A stretch of DNA of 35,830 bases from an uncultured Chroococcidiopsis sp. (GCA_964248365.1 CAXTYC010000043.1:1-35830); one strand, 5' to 3'; shown: positions 8,901-18,014, counted from the stretch's first letter. The notes: generated by a model from the letters alone, not told the origin. Program-made: numbers and translations.

Positions 8901-9276
8901 CACTGTAGTGCATGAAAGCAATCCCAAGTCCCAGCGCAACGCTTCCGGTCAACAACTGAAACATACCCATACTCTTACGGCTGACAATGAACAGGGCAAT
9001 TCCAGAGGCGACAATACCCACTGCCATCGAGAATAAGACACTTAAGAGGTCGTAAGTCGTGGGAATCGGCAGTTCATAAGCCAACATCCCAATAAAGTGC
9101 ATCGACCAGATGCCAACTCCCATAGCAATCGCACCCCCAAGCAGCCAAAGAGTACGCGCAAGTCTTGGGGTTACCGTTAACCATCCAGCTAGATCCAGTG
9201 CCGTGTAAGAGGCGAAGATTGCGATCGCTACCGAAAGCACAATAAGGCGTACATCATAAGTTGCTACCATGACCAT
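5968..9276 (-). CDS. Hybrid sensor histidine kinase MHYT-PAS-PAS-HisKA-HATPase-REC-HPt
   Basis: MHFIGM, MHYSGM and AHYTAM membrane motifs; two PAS domains ending DIT; H-box SHEIRTPLN; N/G boxes NLLSNAVKF, DTGIG and GGTGLGL; REC LMDLQMP; HPt AHGLRSAS. Confidence 0.95.
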   Translation of the reverse strand: MVMVATYDVRLIVLSVAIAIFASYTALDLAGWLTVTPRLARTLWLLGGAIAMGVGIWSMHFIGMLAYELPIPTTYDLLSVLFSMAVGIVASGIALFIVSRKSMGMFQLLTGSVALGLGIAFMHYSGMAAMHIEAIAQYDPKLVALSIAIAIFASLIALWLAFHLRTQTMLTGSLRKIASASIMGSAIAGAHYTAMAAVNFKPTGQLVVQPYNGMNKSLLAIGIGIATLIILILAVLACLFERRVSNETARAEALRQSEERFRSLVQNASDIISVITTDGIVCYTSLSVKQILGYESEDWLGKNVFELVHHDDLSKAKSFLTQAVNSSATNIKAEFRLQHVDGSWRDFEAIANNLLAEPSVAGIVTTYRDITQRKQAEEALRSSLATNRAIINAMPDLLFRISADGTYVNFKASKDDQLLLPPSELLGKKVDEVLPPEVAKSAMYYIQQALATEEVQIFEYQLLGQNQLHDYEARIVVSAENEVMAIVRDITERKRGELELQKAKEAAEADNQAKSKFLAMMSHEIRTPLNAVIGMTGLLLNSRLLPEQRGFVNIIRHSSDALLTIINDILDLSKIESGKLDLEKQPFDLQTCVERTLGLVTSKAVEKGLKLTYKISPQTPNTIIGDAARLSQVLANLLSNAVKFTSVGEVTVSVTASQARGKRQEGALYRQEIRGTLPHEGKASSSTDMEAKEKTDLSPDPSLSPESEPHASDLLPLYEIQFAVKDTGIGIPDEQKKQLFKSFSQGDSSITRRYGGTGLGLAICKQLTEIMGGRIWVESQVGIGSSFYFTLVTQASSIKLNTPDEELIQPIPKLAQHLPLRILLAEDNMVNQQVALLILEQLGYRADAVGNGLEVLQSLRRQVYDVVLMDLQMPEMDGLTATRRIYQEWLLGQRPRIIAMTAYVTRSEREQCLQVGMDDYISKPIQIKKLVNALSKCQPNREGVTHTEEKGQTSTKGDGEELPLSPYSPHPLYSSTTPSSPHPLDVKVLQSLRKMAGARASEVLAQLVDNYIEEAPQLLQAIRTAVAAEDAAALQQAAHGLRSASANLGATVLSQLCKKLEAMGGAGITVEAMADVLKAEAAYETVKAALQIERQGIVKLIE

Positions 9277-9286
9277 GAGTTATTCT

Positions 9287-9418
9287 TTACCAGTTACCAC
9301 CAGTTATTTTAGAGTTTTCCCCATCAGAATCCCCCACCTCCCCATGTGGATAGTTTTAAGTGGGGTTTAAATCTTTATCCCAAACCTTGGTAACTGCTCA
9401 CCGATAACTAGTCACTGA
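9287..9418. repeat. STRR-like heptamer arrays in inverted arrangement in the kinase 5' leader
   Basis: CAGTTACCA (9291-9299) / TGGTAACTG (9388-9396), with degenerate 7-mer neighbours and an inner CCCCAC...GTGGGG stem. Confidence 0.5.
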
Positions 9419-10126
9419 TTTCAAGCAACCCTAGAAACTGCCCTTGTCGTTACAAATTCAGTTAAACTTACTTTACAATTAAGTTAAATTTTCTTTATCA
9501 TGCTCGATAACAAGCAAAGCTTGCTGGAAAGCACAAGTCTCGTGCTTTCTCACTTAGCATACTCAAATCGAACTTTCCCAAATGGTTTACAAAACTTTAA
9601 GGTTTCTGGAATGTATTTAATGCTAGTATTGCTACGAAAGACAAATTTAATCCCCCTTCCAGGGATAGATATGGTAATTACACTGAATTGAGTAAACGAT
9701 GAAATGCTACTTGTCACTGAATTCACTTTTAGCAAATTAGAAAACGGCACTGTTACAAAAGCAAAAGCTAGTTTGGTTAGTTTTCTTATTGCAAGTCTTA
9801 ATAGTTCAGCATCGCACTGATAGAACCTTAAGACATATACCTTTTTACTCTTGAAATATAAAAATTTGCCTGCTAGCTTAGGTCTAAGGTTTACGAACAG
9901 ATTAAGCTGCGGCTAACCTATCGTTTTAGAGCCAACACACTTGGTCATATAGTGCATTGAGGTTTTATATGAGCCTAGCCCAGTCAGAAATTTAAGGATC
10001 AGGAGGAACTGTATATATCTTACTGCGATAGTTAATGAAGCATCAAGTATAAAGTATAACAGTTGAGCTTTACACTTTCTGATTTATTGAAAAAATTCCT
10101 GCAAAGTAACACGAAAGATAAAGAAC

Positions 10127-12484
10127 ATGGCAAAGCGATCGCTAAGTGCATCTACTGTAGGCATTGAGAAAGCCAAAAGGGCTTTCAGACGTAAGCAATG
10201 GACGCAAGAATATCTAGCAAACGAGGTAGGAATAGAAACTCGCCAGCCAATTTGGAAATTCTTTAAAGGCAAGCCAGTTGACCGTCAGACCTTCCTTGAA
10301 ATTTGCTTTAGACTCGATTTAGATTGGCAAGACATTGCTGCTGTACCCAGTGAGAGCCTACTGACACAAGACGAGTACGAGCAGGACAACGATTGTGATA
10401 TAGATGCCTTGGTGCAAGAAGTGCGATCGCAATGTCGCAAGAAAATTTCGGCAAAGTGCGGCAGCATACGGTTGTTAGATACTGCTCAACCGAATAAGCT
10501 AGAAGATATTTTTGTCAATGTCGATATTTTAGAAACCATCACTAACCAAAGATGGTTAGATATATCGCAATTGCAAGCCTCTATTACAGAAGAATTTGAT
10601 TGCTGTGGTTTGGGTAGAAATCGGCAGTCTATTCCAGCAATGCAGGCAGTGGCAACAATACCCAAGCTGATGGTTTTGGGTAAACCAGGATCTGGTAAAA
10701 CTACGCTTTTGCAACATATCGCCATGAAATGCAATTCTGGCGAGTTGCTACCAGACCGAATTCCAATTTTTATCCGGCTGAAAAACTTTGCAGAGGACGC
10801 AAGCGTTACCGAAGATTTTAATTTGTTGAGCTATATCAGTCACGAGCTGAGCAGAAGCAATATTTCAAAGCAACAAGTCGAAACTCTGCTCCATCACGGC
10901 AAGGCTTTGATTTTGCTCGATGGTTTGGATGAATTGAAACAGGAGGACAAAGGCGAAGTCCTCAAACAAATTCGCAAGTTTTGTAACGAGTATTACAAAA
11001 ATCATTTTATTATCACTTGTCGGATTGGCGCAGTTTCGTATCAATTTGAAGAATTCACCGACATTGAGATTGCCGATTTTGACTCATACCAAATTGAAGC
11101 TTTCGCCCAAAAGTGGTTTGTAAATGTTGGCAGGAATTCCTTGGAGACAGGGAAACTTTTGGCTGCTCAGTTGATTCAAAAGCTACAATTAACAGAAAAT
11201 CGACAAATTTGCGAACTAGCCAGAACACCGCTGTTGCTTCATCTGATTTGTTCTGTGTTTCAAGTCAAATCAGACTTCCCTGCTAAACGCTCCGACCTCT
11301 ACAAACAAGCACTGGACATTCTGCTAGTTCGTTGGGATAAAGCCAAGGGCATTAAACGAGATGGTTTTTACCAGGAGTTGCCTTTACATCACAAGCTCAA
11401 ACTGCTCAATTCCATTGCCACTGTCACCTTTGAGCAAGGGCACTACTTTTTTCCACAAAGCAATGTTCAGCATTATATTGTAGACTATCTTCGTAGCTTA
11501 CCCATTCCCCAAACCGATCCCGAAGAACTACAACTTATTAGTGAAGCAGTACTGAAATCGATTTGTGTACACAATGGACTATTGGTGGAGCGGGCGCGGG
11601 GAATATACTCGTTTTCGCACAATAGCTTTCAAGAGTATTTAACAGCTAGAAACATTGTTGCCAGCTTTGAACCACAGGTCTTACACCTCAACTTGACTCG
11701 GTTAACCAGTCACATGACTGAACCTCGTTGGCGCGAAGTTTTTCTACTTACTGCTGGAATGTTAGAAAATGCCGACGATCTGATGGAGTTAATGCAGCGA
11801 TATAGCGATCAGTTGTTGGCTGCTGATGAAATGCAGCAGTTCCTCGTTTGGCTCTATCAGAAGTCCGTTTCCGTCCAGACTCCCTACAAAGGCGCAGCTA
11901 TTCGTGCTTTTTACCTAACATTGAACCTTCCAGACGAACATCAGTTGGGTCGTAATTTATCTCTGGCTCTTGCCATTGATTTGAGACTTGCTGATAATCT
12001 TGCCCCTGATCTGTCCCTAGATCTGGCTCTTAACCGAGCGCTATCTCTAAGTCAAGTCTTGCCTTGTAACCCGTCTTTGGAAAAAATCCTTGCCCTACGC
12101 TTTGCCCTTCCCCATGACCGAAATGTTGCTTGTAATCCTGAATTGCAGCGATCGCTGCAACAACTCAAACAACAACTACCAGGCTTGGATCAAGGCACAG
12201 AAAACTTGAAGGAATGGTGGAAAGCTTCATGTCAGACATGGGTGGAGAAATTGAAAGCTCTCATACTTTGGTATCGCAACATCGGTCATCAATGGCAGTT
12301 CAACGAGCAGCACAAGGAAGCGCTTGTGCTGTACTATGCTGCTAAACTTTTGCTCGTAGATTGCCTCAACAGCGGTTGTGAAGTAACGGACGCTATGCGA
12401 GATTCGATTGAGGAAACGTTATTGTTGCCGATGAAAAATATTGATTGTCCTCCGTTTTATGTTCGTGCTACCGTAGCGAGCTAG
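10127..12484 (+). CDS. NACHT (STAND) NTPase with N-terminal XRE/Cro-like HTH and C-terminal helical domain
   Basis: Walker A GKPGSGKT, Walker B LILLDGLDE, IITCR, TPLLL and YSFSH.SFQEY. N-terminal WTQEYLANEVGI..RQPIWKFF HTH-like segment. Confidence 0.9.
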   Translation: MAKRSLSASTVGIEKAKRAFRRKQWTQEYLANEVGIETRQPIWKFFKGKPVDRQTFLEICFRLDLDWQDIAAVPSESLLTQDEYEQDNDCDIDALVQEVRSQCRKKISAKCGSIRLLDTAQPNKLEDIFVNVDILETITNQRWLDISQLQASITEEFDCCGLGRNRQSIPAMQAVATIPKLMVLGKPGSGKTTLLQHIAMKCNSGELLPDRIPIFIRLKNFAEDASVTEDFNLLSYISHELSRSNISKQQVETLLHHGKALILLDGLDELKQEDKGEVLKQIRKFCNEYYKNHFIITCRIGAVSYQFEEFTDIEIADFDSYQIEAFAQKWFVNVGRNSLETGKLLAAQLIQKLQLTENRQICELARTPLLLHLICSVFQVKSDFPAKRSDLYKQALDILLVRWDKAKGIKRDGFYQELPLHHKLKLLNSIATVTFEQGHYFFPQSNVQHYIVDYLRSLPIPQTDPEELQLISEAVLKSICVHNGLLVERARGIYSFSHNSFQEYLTARNIVASFEPQVLHLNLTRLTSHMTEPRWREVFLLTAGMLENADDLMELMQRYSDQLLAADEMQQFLVWLYQKSVSVQTPYKGAAIRAFYLTLNLPDEHQLGRNLSLALAIDLRLADNLAPDLSLDLALNRALSLSQVLPCNPSLEKILALRFALPHDRNVACNPELQRSLQQLKQQLPGLDQGTENLKEWWKASCQTWVEKLKALILWYRNIGHQWQFNEQHKEALVLYYAAKLLLVDCLNSGCEVTDAMRDSIEETLLLPMKNIDCPPFYVRATVAS

Positions 12485-12500
12485 GTGCGATCGCACCTAG
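12481..12500. repeat. Perfect 20-bp palindrome centred on HIP1
   Basis: CTAGGTGCGATCGCACCTAG. Overlaps the NACHT stop codon and lies between convergent genes. Confidence 0.85.
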
Positions 12501-12527
12501 ATTAGACTGGCGTTGCAAAGGCTTTTG

Positions 12528-12761
12528 TCAGTTGCATTGCGTAGCACTGCTCCTTTGAGAATCCTGATAGCTTAATTGTTGAAACCGATTTTTAATCCAG
12601 GTATAACCCTTAGCGATGCACTCAGGGCAAACTTCGCCGTATCCCTCACCTTGCTCGTTGCAAGCAATCACTCTCGCCTCTCTAAGCTCAAACTGTTGTT
12701 TGCACAGGCAGCAGCACTGGTTCTTTAGAGAGGAACTGTTGCATTCAATTTGAAGTTGCAT
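12528..12761 (-). CDS. Small Cys-rich hypothetical protein (possible zinc ribbon)
   Basis: CxxC pairs (CCLC ... CPEC); co-oriented downstream of the sugar transferase. ATG 12761 preferred over GTG 12776. Confidence 0.7.
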   Translation of the reverse strand: MQLQIECNSSSLKNQCCCLCKQQFELREARVIACNEQGEGYGEVCPECIAKGYTWIKNRFQQLSYQDSQRSSATQCN

Positions 12762-12808
12762 GATTTCGATCTCCACACTTGCTAATTTTTCTCACAGACT
12801 ATTCTTTT

Positions 12809-12919
12809 CAGTTATCACTAAACAGTTACCAATGAACAATGGAACAACTCACGCTTGTTTGCAATGACCAATAAAAACAGAGACAATGATAATTGATGAT
12901 TGATAACTGGTAACTGTTT
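12809..12919. repeat. STRR-like inverted heptamer arrays (possible terminator/stabiliser)
   Basis: AAACAGTTACCA (12820-12831) / TGGTAACTGTTT (12908-12919) and CAGTTATCA / TGATAACTG, with 7-nt periodicity. Confidence 0.6.
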
Positions 12920-13749
12920 TAAAAAGCCCCACGTTTACCCAGAACGACTTCGATGGTCTTCAATAGTATAAATATGTCATAGCCAACAGACCACTTGCGT
13001 TGGTAGTCCAAATCCATTTGCACGATCGCTTCAAAATCTTTGACAGTAGAACGTCCATTCACCTGCCATTCGCCCGTTATTCCTGGTTTTACCTGCAACC
13101 TTTGCCAGTGATGGGGTGCGTATTGCTTAACTTCATTTTGGGTAGGTGGTCGAGTACCGACTAAACTCATATCTCCCAGCAGCACGTTCCAAAACTGTGG
13201 CAGTTCGTCTAAGCTGGTACGGCGCAAAAACCGACCTACGCGGGTGACGCGCGGGTCGTTTGAGTTCTTGAAAATCTGCCCTTGAGCTTCGTTTTTAACT
13301 AAATGCTGCAATTGCTCGGCTCCGACTACCATTGAGCGAAATTTCCAAATTCGGAACGAACGACCGTTCAAACCGCAGCGAATTTGACTGTAGAGGATGG
13401 GACCTGGGTTATCTAACTGCATGGCAATGACTAACCCAATCGCTACAATGGCGGTAATTCCTAGCCCAACTATGGACCCCAAAATGTCAATTAGGCGCTT
13501 GCTGCGGCTGATAGCAGAGCGATGCACTACTAATCTAGCCCCAAAAGCAGTGTAGTTCTCATTGAGTAGCTCGATGGGATGACTAGTTGGGAGGACTGAC
13601 GAGGCGATCGCCCCTTTTGTCGGTTTTATTTCAATGAGCTTGTATGTGTTCCTATCAATCATCTGCCAGCTACTTGGAGTCGAAAGGATAGACGCAAATG
13701 AAACAACTTTTACCACGTTTTTATTCTTAGGGTTTCCATTACCTCTCAT
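12919..13749 (-). CDS. Priming sugar transferase (undecaprenyl-phosphate glycosylphosphotransferase, WcaJ/ExoY-like)
   Basis: KRLIDI plus one TM helix, [42 protein letters not shown] and KPGITG.WQV.GR. Start codon uncertain. Confidence 0.93.
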   Translation of the reverse strand: MRGNGNPKNKNVVKVVSFASILSTPSSWQMIDRNTYKLIEIKPTKGAIASSVLPTSHPIELLNENYTAFGARLVVHRSAISRSKRLIDILGSIVGLGITAIVAIGLVIAMQLDNPGPILYSQIRCGLNGRSFRIWKFRSMVVGAEQLQHLVKNEAQGQIFKNSNDPRVTRVGRFLRRTSLDELPQFWNVLLGDMSLVGTRPPTQNEVKQYAPHHWQRLQVKPGITGEWQVNGRSTVKDFEAIVQMDLDYQRKWSVGYDIFILLKTIEVVLGKRGAF

Positions 13750-14178
13750 AAAGTCATTAATCTAAACTAGGTGTATTCTCTTAATTAGGTAGTACTGCAT
13801 CAGCTACCCAGTTACAATAACGAAGTGCTATACCTGAAAGTTGCATTTATAAGTTTTGTTCAAATTTATGAATTTATTCATAATGTCAAGGTAAAACTGC
13901 GGGATATAGTCCTTATGTTTACAAATTGTGTTTTCTTACTAGCCTTAAAAAGTAAATAAAGACTTTTTCACTTGAACGAGCAGTTTGGCAGCCTTGCAGT
14001 ATTAGCTATGGGATTTACTAATACAAATTGAATGAATATAGCTTATAAATATAAGTATGCAAATGGCTTGTTTACAGTCGCGTTCAAGAAAATGTGTGAC
14101 TTAATGTTTAAGTTGTATGAGTTGTTTGAGTATCGCTAGGGGCGCTTTTTAAAACACTCACCAATTACTCTTTACCAG

Positions 14179-14667
14179 TTAGTTTTTGCTGTTATCCGTT
14201 TGCTCGTATTGAGCCACTAAGCTAGCAAGACGCTCCAACTCTCGATTGGCTGACTCTAACTGTTTATAAAGCTGAGATTGTTCGAGCAAGTGACGCAGGC
14301 GGTGGCGCAGCACACTCCAGTGTATCGGTTTGGTGATATAATCTGTCGCACCGGAGGCAAATGCTTGCTCGACAGCATCTGGATCGTCAAGGACGGTGAG
14401 CATCAAGATAGGTATGCGATCGCTGTTGGGTAAGGTGCGTAATTGACTACAACAGGCAAAGCCATCCATTTCTGGCATAACAGCATCCAGTAAAATTGCG
14501 TCTGGGTGTAGGCGTTGATAAGCGGCTAAACAGGCTTTACCATCTTCTGCTTCGAGGACTTTATAGCCTTCTTGTTCCAGTGCTAAACGCAGCAGCATTC
14601 GCATAGATTTGTCGTCATCGACCACAAGGATTAAGCACGAGTTTTTCAGGCTCAAATCGGTACTCAC
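14179..14667 (-). CDS. Stand-alone response regulator: REC plus coiled-coil, no output domain
   Basis: ILVVDDD, LLDAVMP (phospho-Asp), MLT and YITKP; C-terminal helix LYKQLESANRELERLASL. Confidence 0.9.
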   Translation of the reverse strand: MSTDLSLKNSCLILVVDDDKSMRMLLRLALEQEGYKVLEAEDGKACLAAYQRLHPDAILLDAVMPEMDGFACCSQLRTLPNSDRIPILMLTVLDDPDAVEQAFASGATDYITKPIHWSVLRHRLRHLLEQSQLYKQLESANRELERLASLVAQYEQTDNSKN

Positions 14668-15124
14668 GAGTCATTTAAGTTAAACAAAAACAAAACTGTT
14701 TTTGTAGCAATACTGGGAACGATAAGATTGAAGCGCGCTTTATATAACTAGGCAAGTTTGTGCTTATGAACTCATCATTAACAGAGTTTTAATACATATT
14801 TACCTTTCCTTTTCTTTCAGTATAAAAATCAGTTGCTTTTTACTACAAAGCAGGATAAATGAATGGTTAACAAGTTAGCAAAACTTATTATTTGCTACTA
14901 GTAGTACTAATCCTAGACAACTAGAATCTACATAAACTGATATATTTAAACTCTAGACGAGTATACAGTTTACAAACAAATCAAAGAAATGCTTATTTTT
15001 TAGGTAATTAATAAATTTATTGTCGTATTTTTATTATTTTTCCTACTTTTGTATGCTACGAAAGTATTAGCAATCCTACTTTTCCTACTTGTACAAGTTG
15101 AGAAATTTAGATAGAAATTACCCA

Positions 15125-15153
15125 TTGACAAAAATATATTTATGTAATAGTGT
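15125..15153 (+). promoter_or_regulatory. Putative sigma70-type promoter of the EPS operon
   Basis: TTGACA-N17-TAGTGT about 270 nt upstream of the first GT. The region is AT-rich, so a chance match is possible. Confidence 0.5.
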
Positions 15154-15231
15154 ATATTGCTTTATATAATCCAGAAAAAACACAAACACATAACATATAC
15201 ATTAAGTTATACATTTGCATATATTTTCTTA

Positions 15232-15410
15232 GACACGAGCGCAAACAGGACGTTTGCATACTAGATATTGTGTTGTGTATTTCACTTGCTGCACTAGGTA
15301 CGGCTACATCGGGAGCAAGTATGTAGTGTTTAGTCTAGGCTCGCGTCCTTTGCTGCTGAACCTATAGTGTTCAGACTGTGGGTGCAAACTATAGCCAGTC
15401 CAAATTTGGA
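15232..15410 (+). promoter_or_regulatory. Candidate structured 5' leader RNA
   Basis: Complementary segments form a three-way junction (15232-40/15339-47; 15241-46/15252-57; 15261-66/15333-38) plus downstream hairpins. Identified by eye. Confidence 0.4.
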
Positions 15411-15421
15411 ACTTTATAGTC

Positions 15422-16660
15422 ATGCGTAAACCCATTCTGACCATCTTCTACCAGTTCAATCCTTGGAGTCCTACAATTGGTGGGATACAAACAATTATAC
15501 GCACGTTTATTAAATACGCTCCAGATCAGTTTGAATTGCGGTTGGTGGGTACAGAAGAAGACCCTTACCTGCCTACAGGTAAATGGCGAGAAGTCGAACT
15601 AGCAGGTAAAGTGCTTCAATTCATGCCTCTAATCAGAGTGCAAAAAGATAACTACACTAACCTGATACCTACCACAGTTAAGTACACTGCTGCCCTTCTG
15701 GGACGTTATTTTGCGTCGGATTTTATGCATTTTCATCGGCTTGAACCCACTCTAGCAAGCCGTTACTGGTCTGGGGACAAGACTCTTTTCGTTCACAACG
15801 ATATACAGAAGCAAATTGAGGCTAGAAGTACTAAAAATGCGAACCTTTGGCAGCAGTTCCCAGTAGGCTATTTTGCCCTGGAACGCTTACTAGTAGGTCA
15901 ATTCACTCAAATAATATCTTGCAACAGTGCATCGGTAGGACATTATCGGCAGCGTTACCCAAGCGTAGCCGATCGCGTATCCTTCCTGAAAAACACAGTA
16001 GATAATGATATTTTCTACCCGTTAACTATCAGCGAACGGGAAGAAGGAAGGCGCAACCTCGTAAGACGGCTAGGTTTACCCTCAGATAAGCGTTTCATTC
16101 TATTTGCTGGTCGCCTGCATTCCCAAAAAGATCCCGTCCTTCTGATCCGCTCTATTGCTGCTCTGAACGATCCCAATGTTCACCTGATCATTGTGGGTGA
16201 AGGAGATTTGGAAGATGAGGTGCGTTCGGAAATTTGCCGTCTCAAGCTGTCTGAGCAGGTGACAATGCTTGGATCTCTCAACCAGGTCGAACTCGCCCAG
16301 CTACATCGTATTTGCAGTGTTCTCGTCCTCACTAGCGCCTACGAAGGACTACCCTTGGTTGTCCTCGAAGCACTAGCCTGCGGTACACCAGTGGTAACAA
16401 CCGACTGTGGCGAAACTCCGAACCTTCTAAGTGCTGACAGTGGGATTGTTTGTAAAGAGCGTACCTCGGTTGCAGTTGCCAATGCTCTACGCCAAGTACT
16501 GTTACATCCAGAAGATTATCCAACTGAGGCTTGTGTCCTCACTGCCCAGCCTTACAGTGCTTGCACTGTAGTGGGTGCTGTTTACAGCGATATGTGGCAT
16601 CGCTGGGAGCGGCAAAACCTCGGCTCTCGTGTCCAAAACTGTTCTACAAATTTCACATAA
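15422..16660 (+). CDS. Glycosyltransferase family 4 (GT-B)
   Basis: GGIQT, ILFAGRL..QK and S.YEGLPLVVLEALACGTPVV (EX7E). Confidence 0.93.
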   Translation: MRKPILTIFYQFNPWSPTIGGIQTIIRTFIKYAPDQFELRLVGTEEDPYLPTGKWREVELAGKVLQFMPLIRVQKDNYTNLIPTTVKYTAALLGRYFASDFMHFHRLEPTLASRYWSGDKTLFVHNDIQKQIEARSTKNANLWQQFPVGYFALERLLVGQFTQIISCNSASVGHYRQRYPSVADRVSFLKNTVDNDIFYPLTISEREEGRRNLVRRLGLPSDKRFILFAGRLHSQKDPVLLIRSIAALNDPNVHLIIVGEGDLEDEVRSEICRLKLSEQVTMLGSLNQVELAQLHRICSVLVLTSAYEGLPLVVLEALACGTPVVTTDCGETPNLLSADSGIVCKERTSVAVANALRQVLLHPEDYPTEACVLTAQPYSACTVVGAVYSDMWHRWERQNLGSRVQNCSTNFT

Positions 16661-16670
16661 ACCTTTAATA

Positions 16671-17831
16671 ATGAAAATTGCTGTAATTGGTGCGAAAGGT
16701 CTACCAGCCAAACAGGGTGGTATTGAGCATCACTGTCAAGAACTTTACTCTCGTATAGTCAAGCAAGGTCACTGTGTAGACCTATTCGCCCGCTCCTCAT
16801 ACACTGACTCGTTGCATCATTATGATGTTCAAGGCATCAGAGTCTTACCCCTACCCTCTGTGAAGTTAAAAGGAGTGGACGCTTTACTTTGTTCTGCACT
16901 TGCGGGAATTATTTCTAGCAGGATGAACTACGATATCGTACACTTCCACGCCTTAGGTCCGGCTTTATTTAGCTCACTACCAAGATTTACCTCGTTTGCA
17001 AAAGTTGTTGTCACCTGTCACGGTTTAGACTGGCGGCGCTCCAAGTGGGACAGAGCTTCTTCCGAGTTGTTACGCATGGGGGAAAAAACTGCCGTAAGCT
17101 GTGCTGATAAGCTGATTGTTGTCTCAGAAGAATTGCGTTCCTACTTTAGGCAAACTTATGGTAGGGAGACAGTTTATATCCCTAACGCTCCAGCAAGCTT
17201 CGCTCAATCAGACCCCAATTTTTCTTATGGAACCTCCCTAGGTTTGGAGCAAAAGCGCTACATTCTGTTCCTTGGCAGATTAGTACCTGAAAAACGTCCC
17301 GATTTACTGATTGAAGCATTTCAAGCCCTTAAGCCAGCGGGATGGAAGCTCGTTCTAGCAGGCGGTGTTAGCGATACCAATCAATTCGCCTCGAAGCTAG
17401 TTGACATGACTGCAAATAGTACAGACGTAGTGTTTGCTGGCGAACTTTATGGAAAGAGTCTGGCGGAGATTGTTCGGGGGGCTGGGTTGTTTGTACTTCC
17501 TTCTGAGTTAGAGGGACTACCTATGGCAATGCTAGAAGCGATGCAAGAAGGTATCCCAGTGATTGCAAGTGACATTCTTCCGCATCAGCAACTATTAGCT
17601 GAGGGACGAGGATTGCTCTTCCAAAGCGGAAATTTAGACTCTTGTGTTCATTGCCTAGACTGGGCAATCAATAATTCTCAGAAGCTGTCACCAATGGTCA
17701 AAGATGCACAAAGCTATATCCAGGCTAAATATAACTGGAATTACATTACCAGCGAAACTTTGAGATTGTATGCCAGTCTTTGTGCTTCGCCTAATACATT
17801 TGATCCACAATTCAACGTTCAAACAGATTAG
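16671..17831 (+). CDS. Glycosyltransferase family 4
   Basis: MKIAVIG.KG.P...GGIE, LFLGRLVPEK and SELEGLPMAMLEAM. ATG 16671 preferred over 16575. Confidence 0.93.
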   Translation: MKIAVIGAKGLPAKQGGIEHHCQELYSRIVKQGHCVDLFARSSYTDSLHHYDVQGIRVLPLPSVKLKGVDALLCSALAGIISSRMNYDIVHFHALGPALFSSLPRFTSFAKVVVTCHGLDWRRSKWDRASSELLRMGEKTAVSCADKLIVVSEELRSYFRQTYGRETVYIPNAPASFAQSDPNFSYGTSLGLEQKRYILFLGRLVPEKRPDLLIEAFQALKPAGWKLVLAGGVSDTNQFASKLVDMTANSTDVVFAGELYGKSLAEIVRGAGLFVLPSELEGLPMAMLEAMQEGIPVIASDILPHQQLLAEGRGLLFQSGNLDSCVHCLDWAINNSQKLSPMVKDAQSYIQAKYNWNYITSETLRLYASLCASPNTFDPQFNVQTD

Positions 17832-18014
17832 TTAAGGTTTTTATTTCAAAGTATAAGGAGAATGGCTTAACGAAAGATCCCAATAAAATATTTAATTGTA
17901 AAAAATTAATATTACCATAGAAAACGATTGCTAAAAAACCTTTTTTAATAGTTGAAATAAAAAATTGGGACAAAATAGCTCAAAATCTGTTTTCTAATTC
18001 ATAATAAAGTTGTG

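Noticed and set aside
9500..9750. Two short overlapping ORFs in the divergent intergenic region
   Set aside because: No motifs, no clear RBS, and mutually antisense.
10011..10023. NtcA box
   Set aside because: GTA-N7-TAC has the wrong spacing (N8 needed); the same applies near 14961.
14903..14916. Cyanobacterial LexA box
   Set aside because: Only the AGTAC half-site is present.
15232..15410. c-di-GMP-I (GEMM) riboswitch
   Set aside because: GCAAA is present, but the GAAA-tetraloop hairpin and GACGCAAA arrangement are missing.
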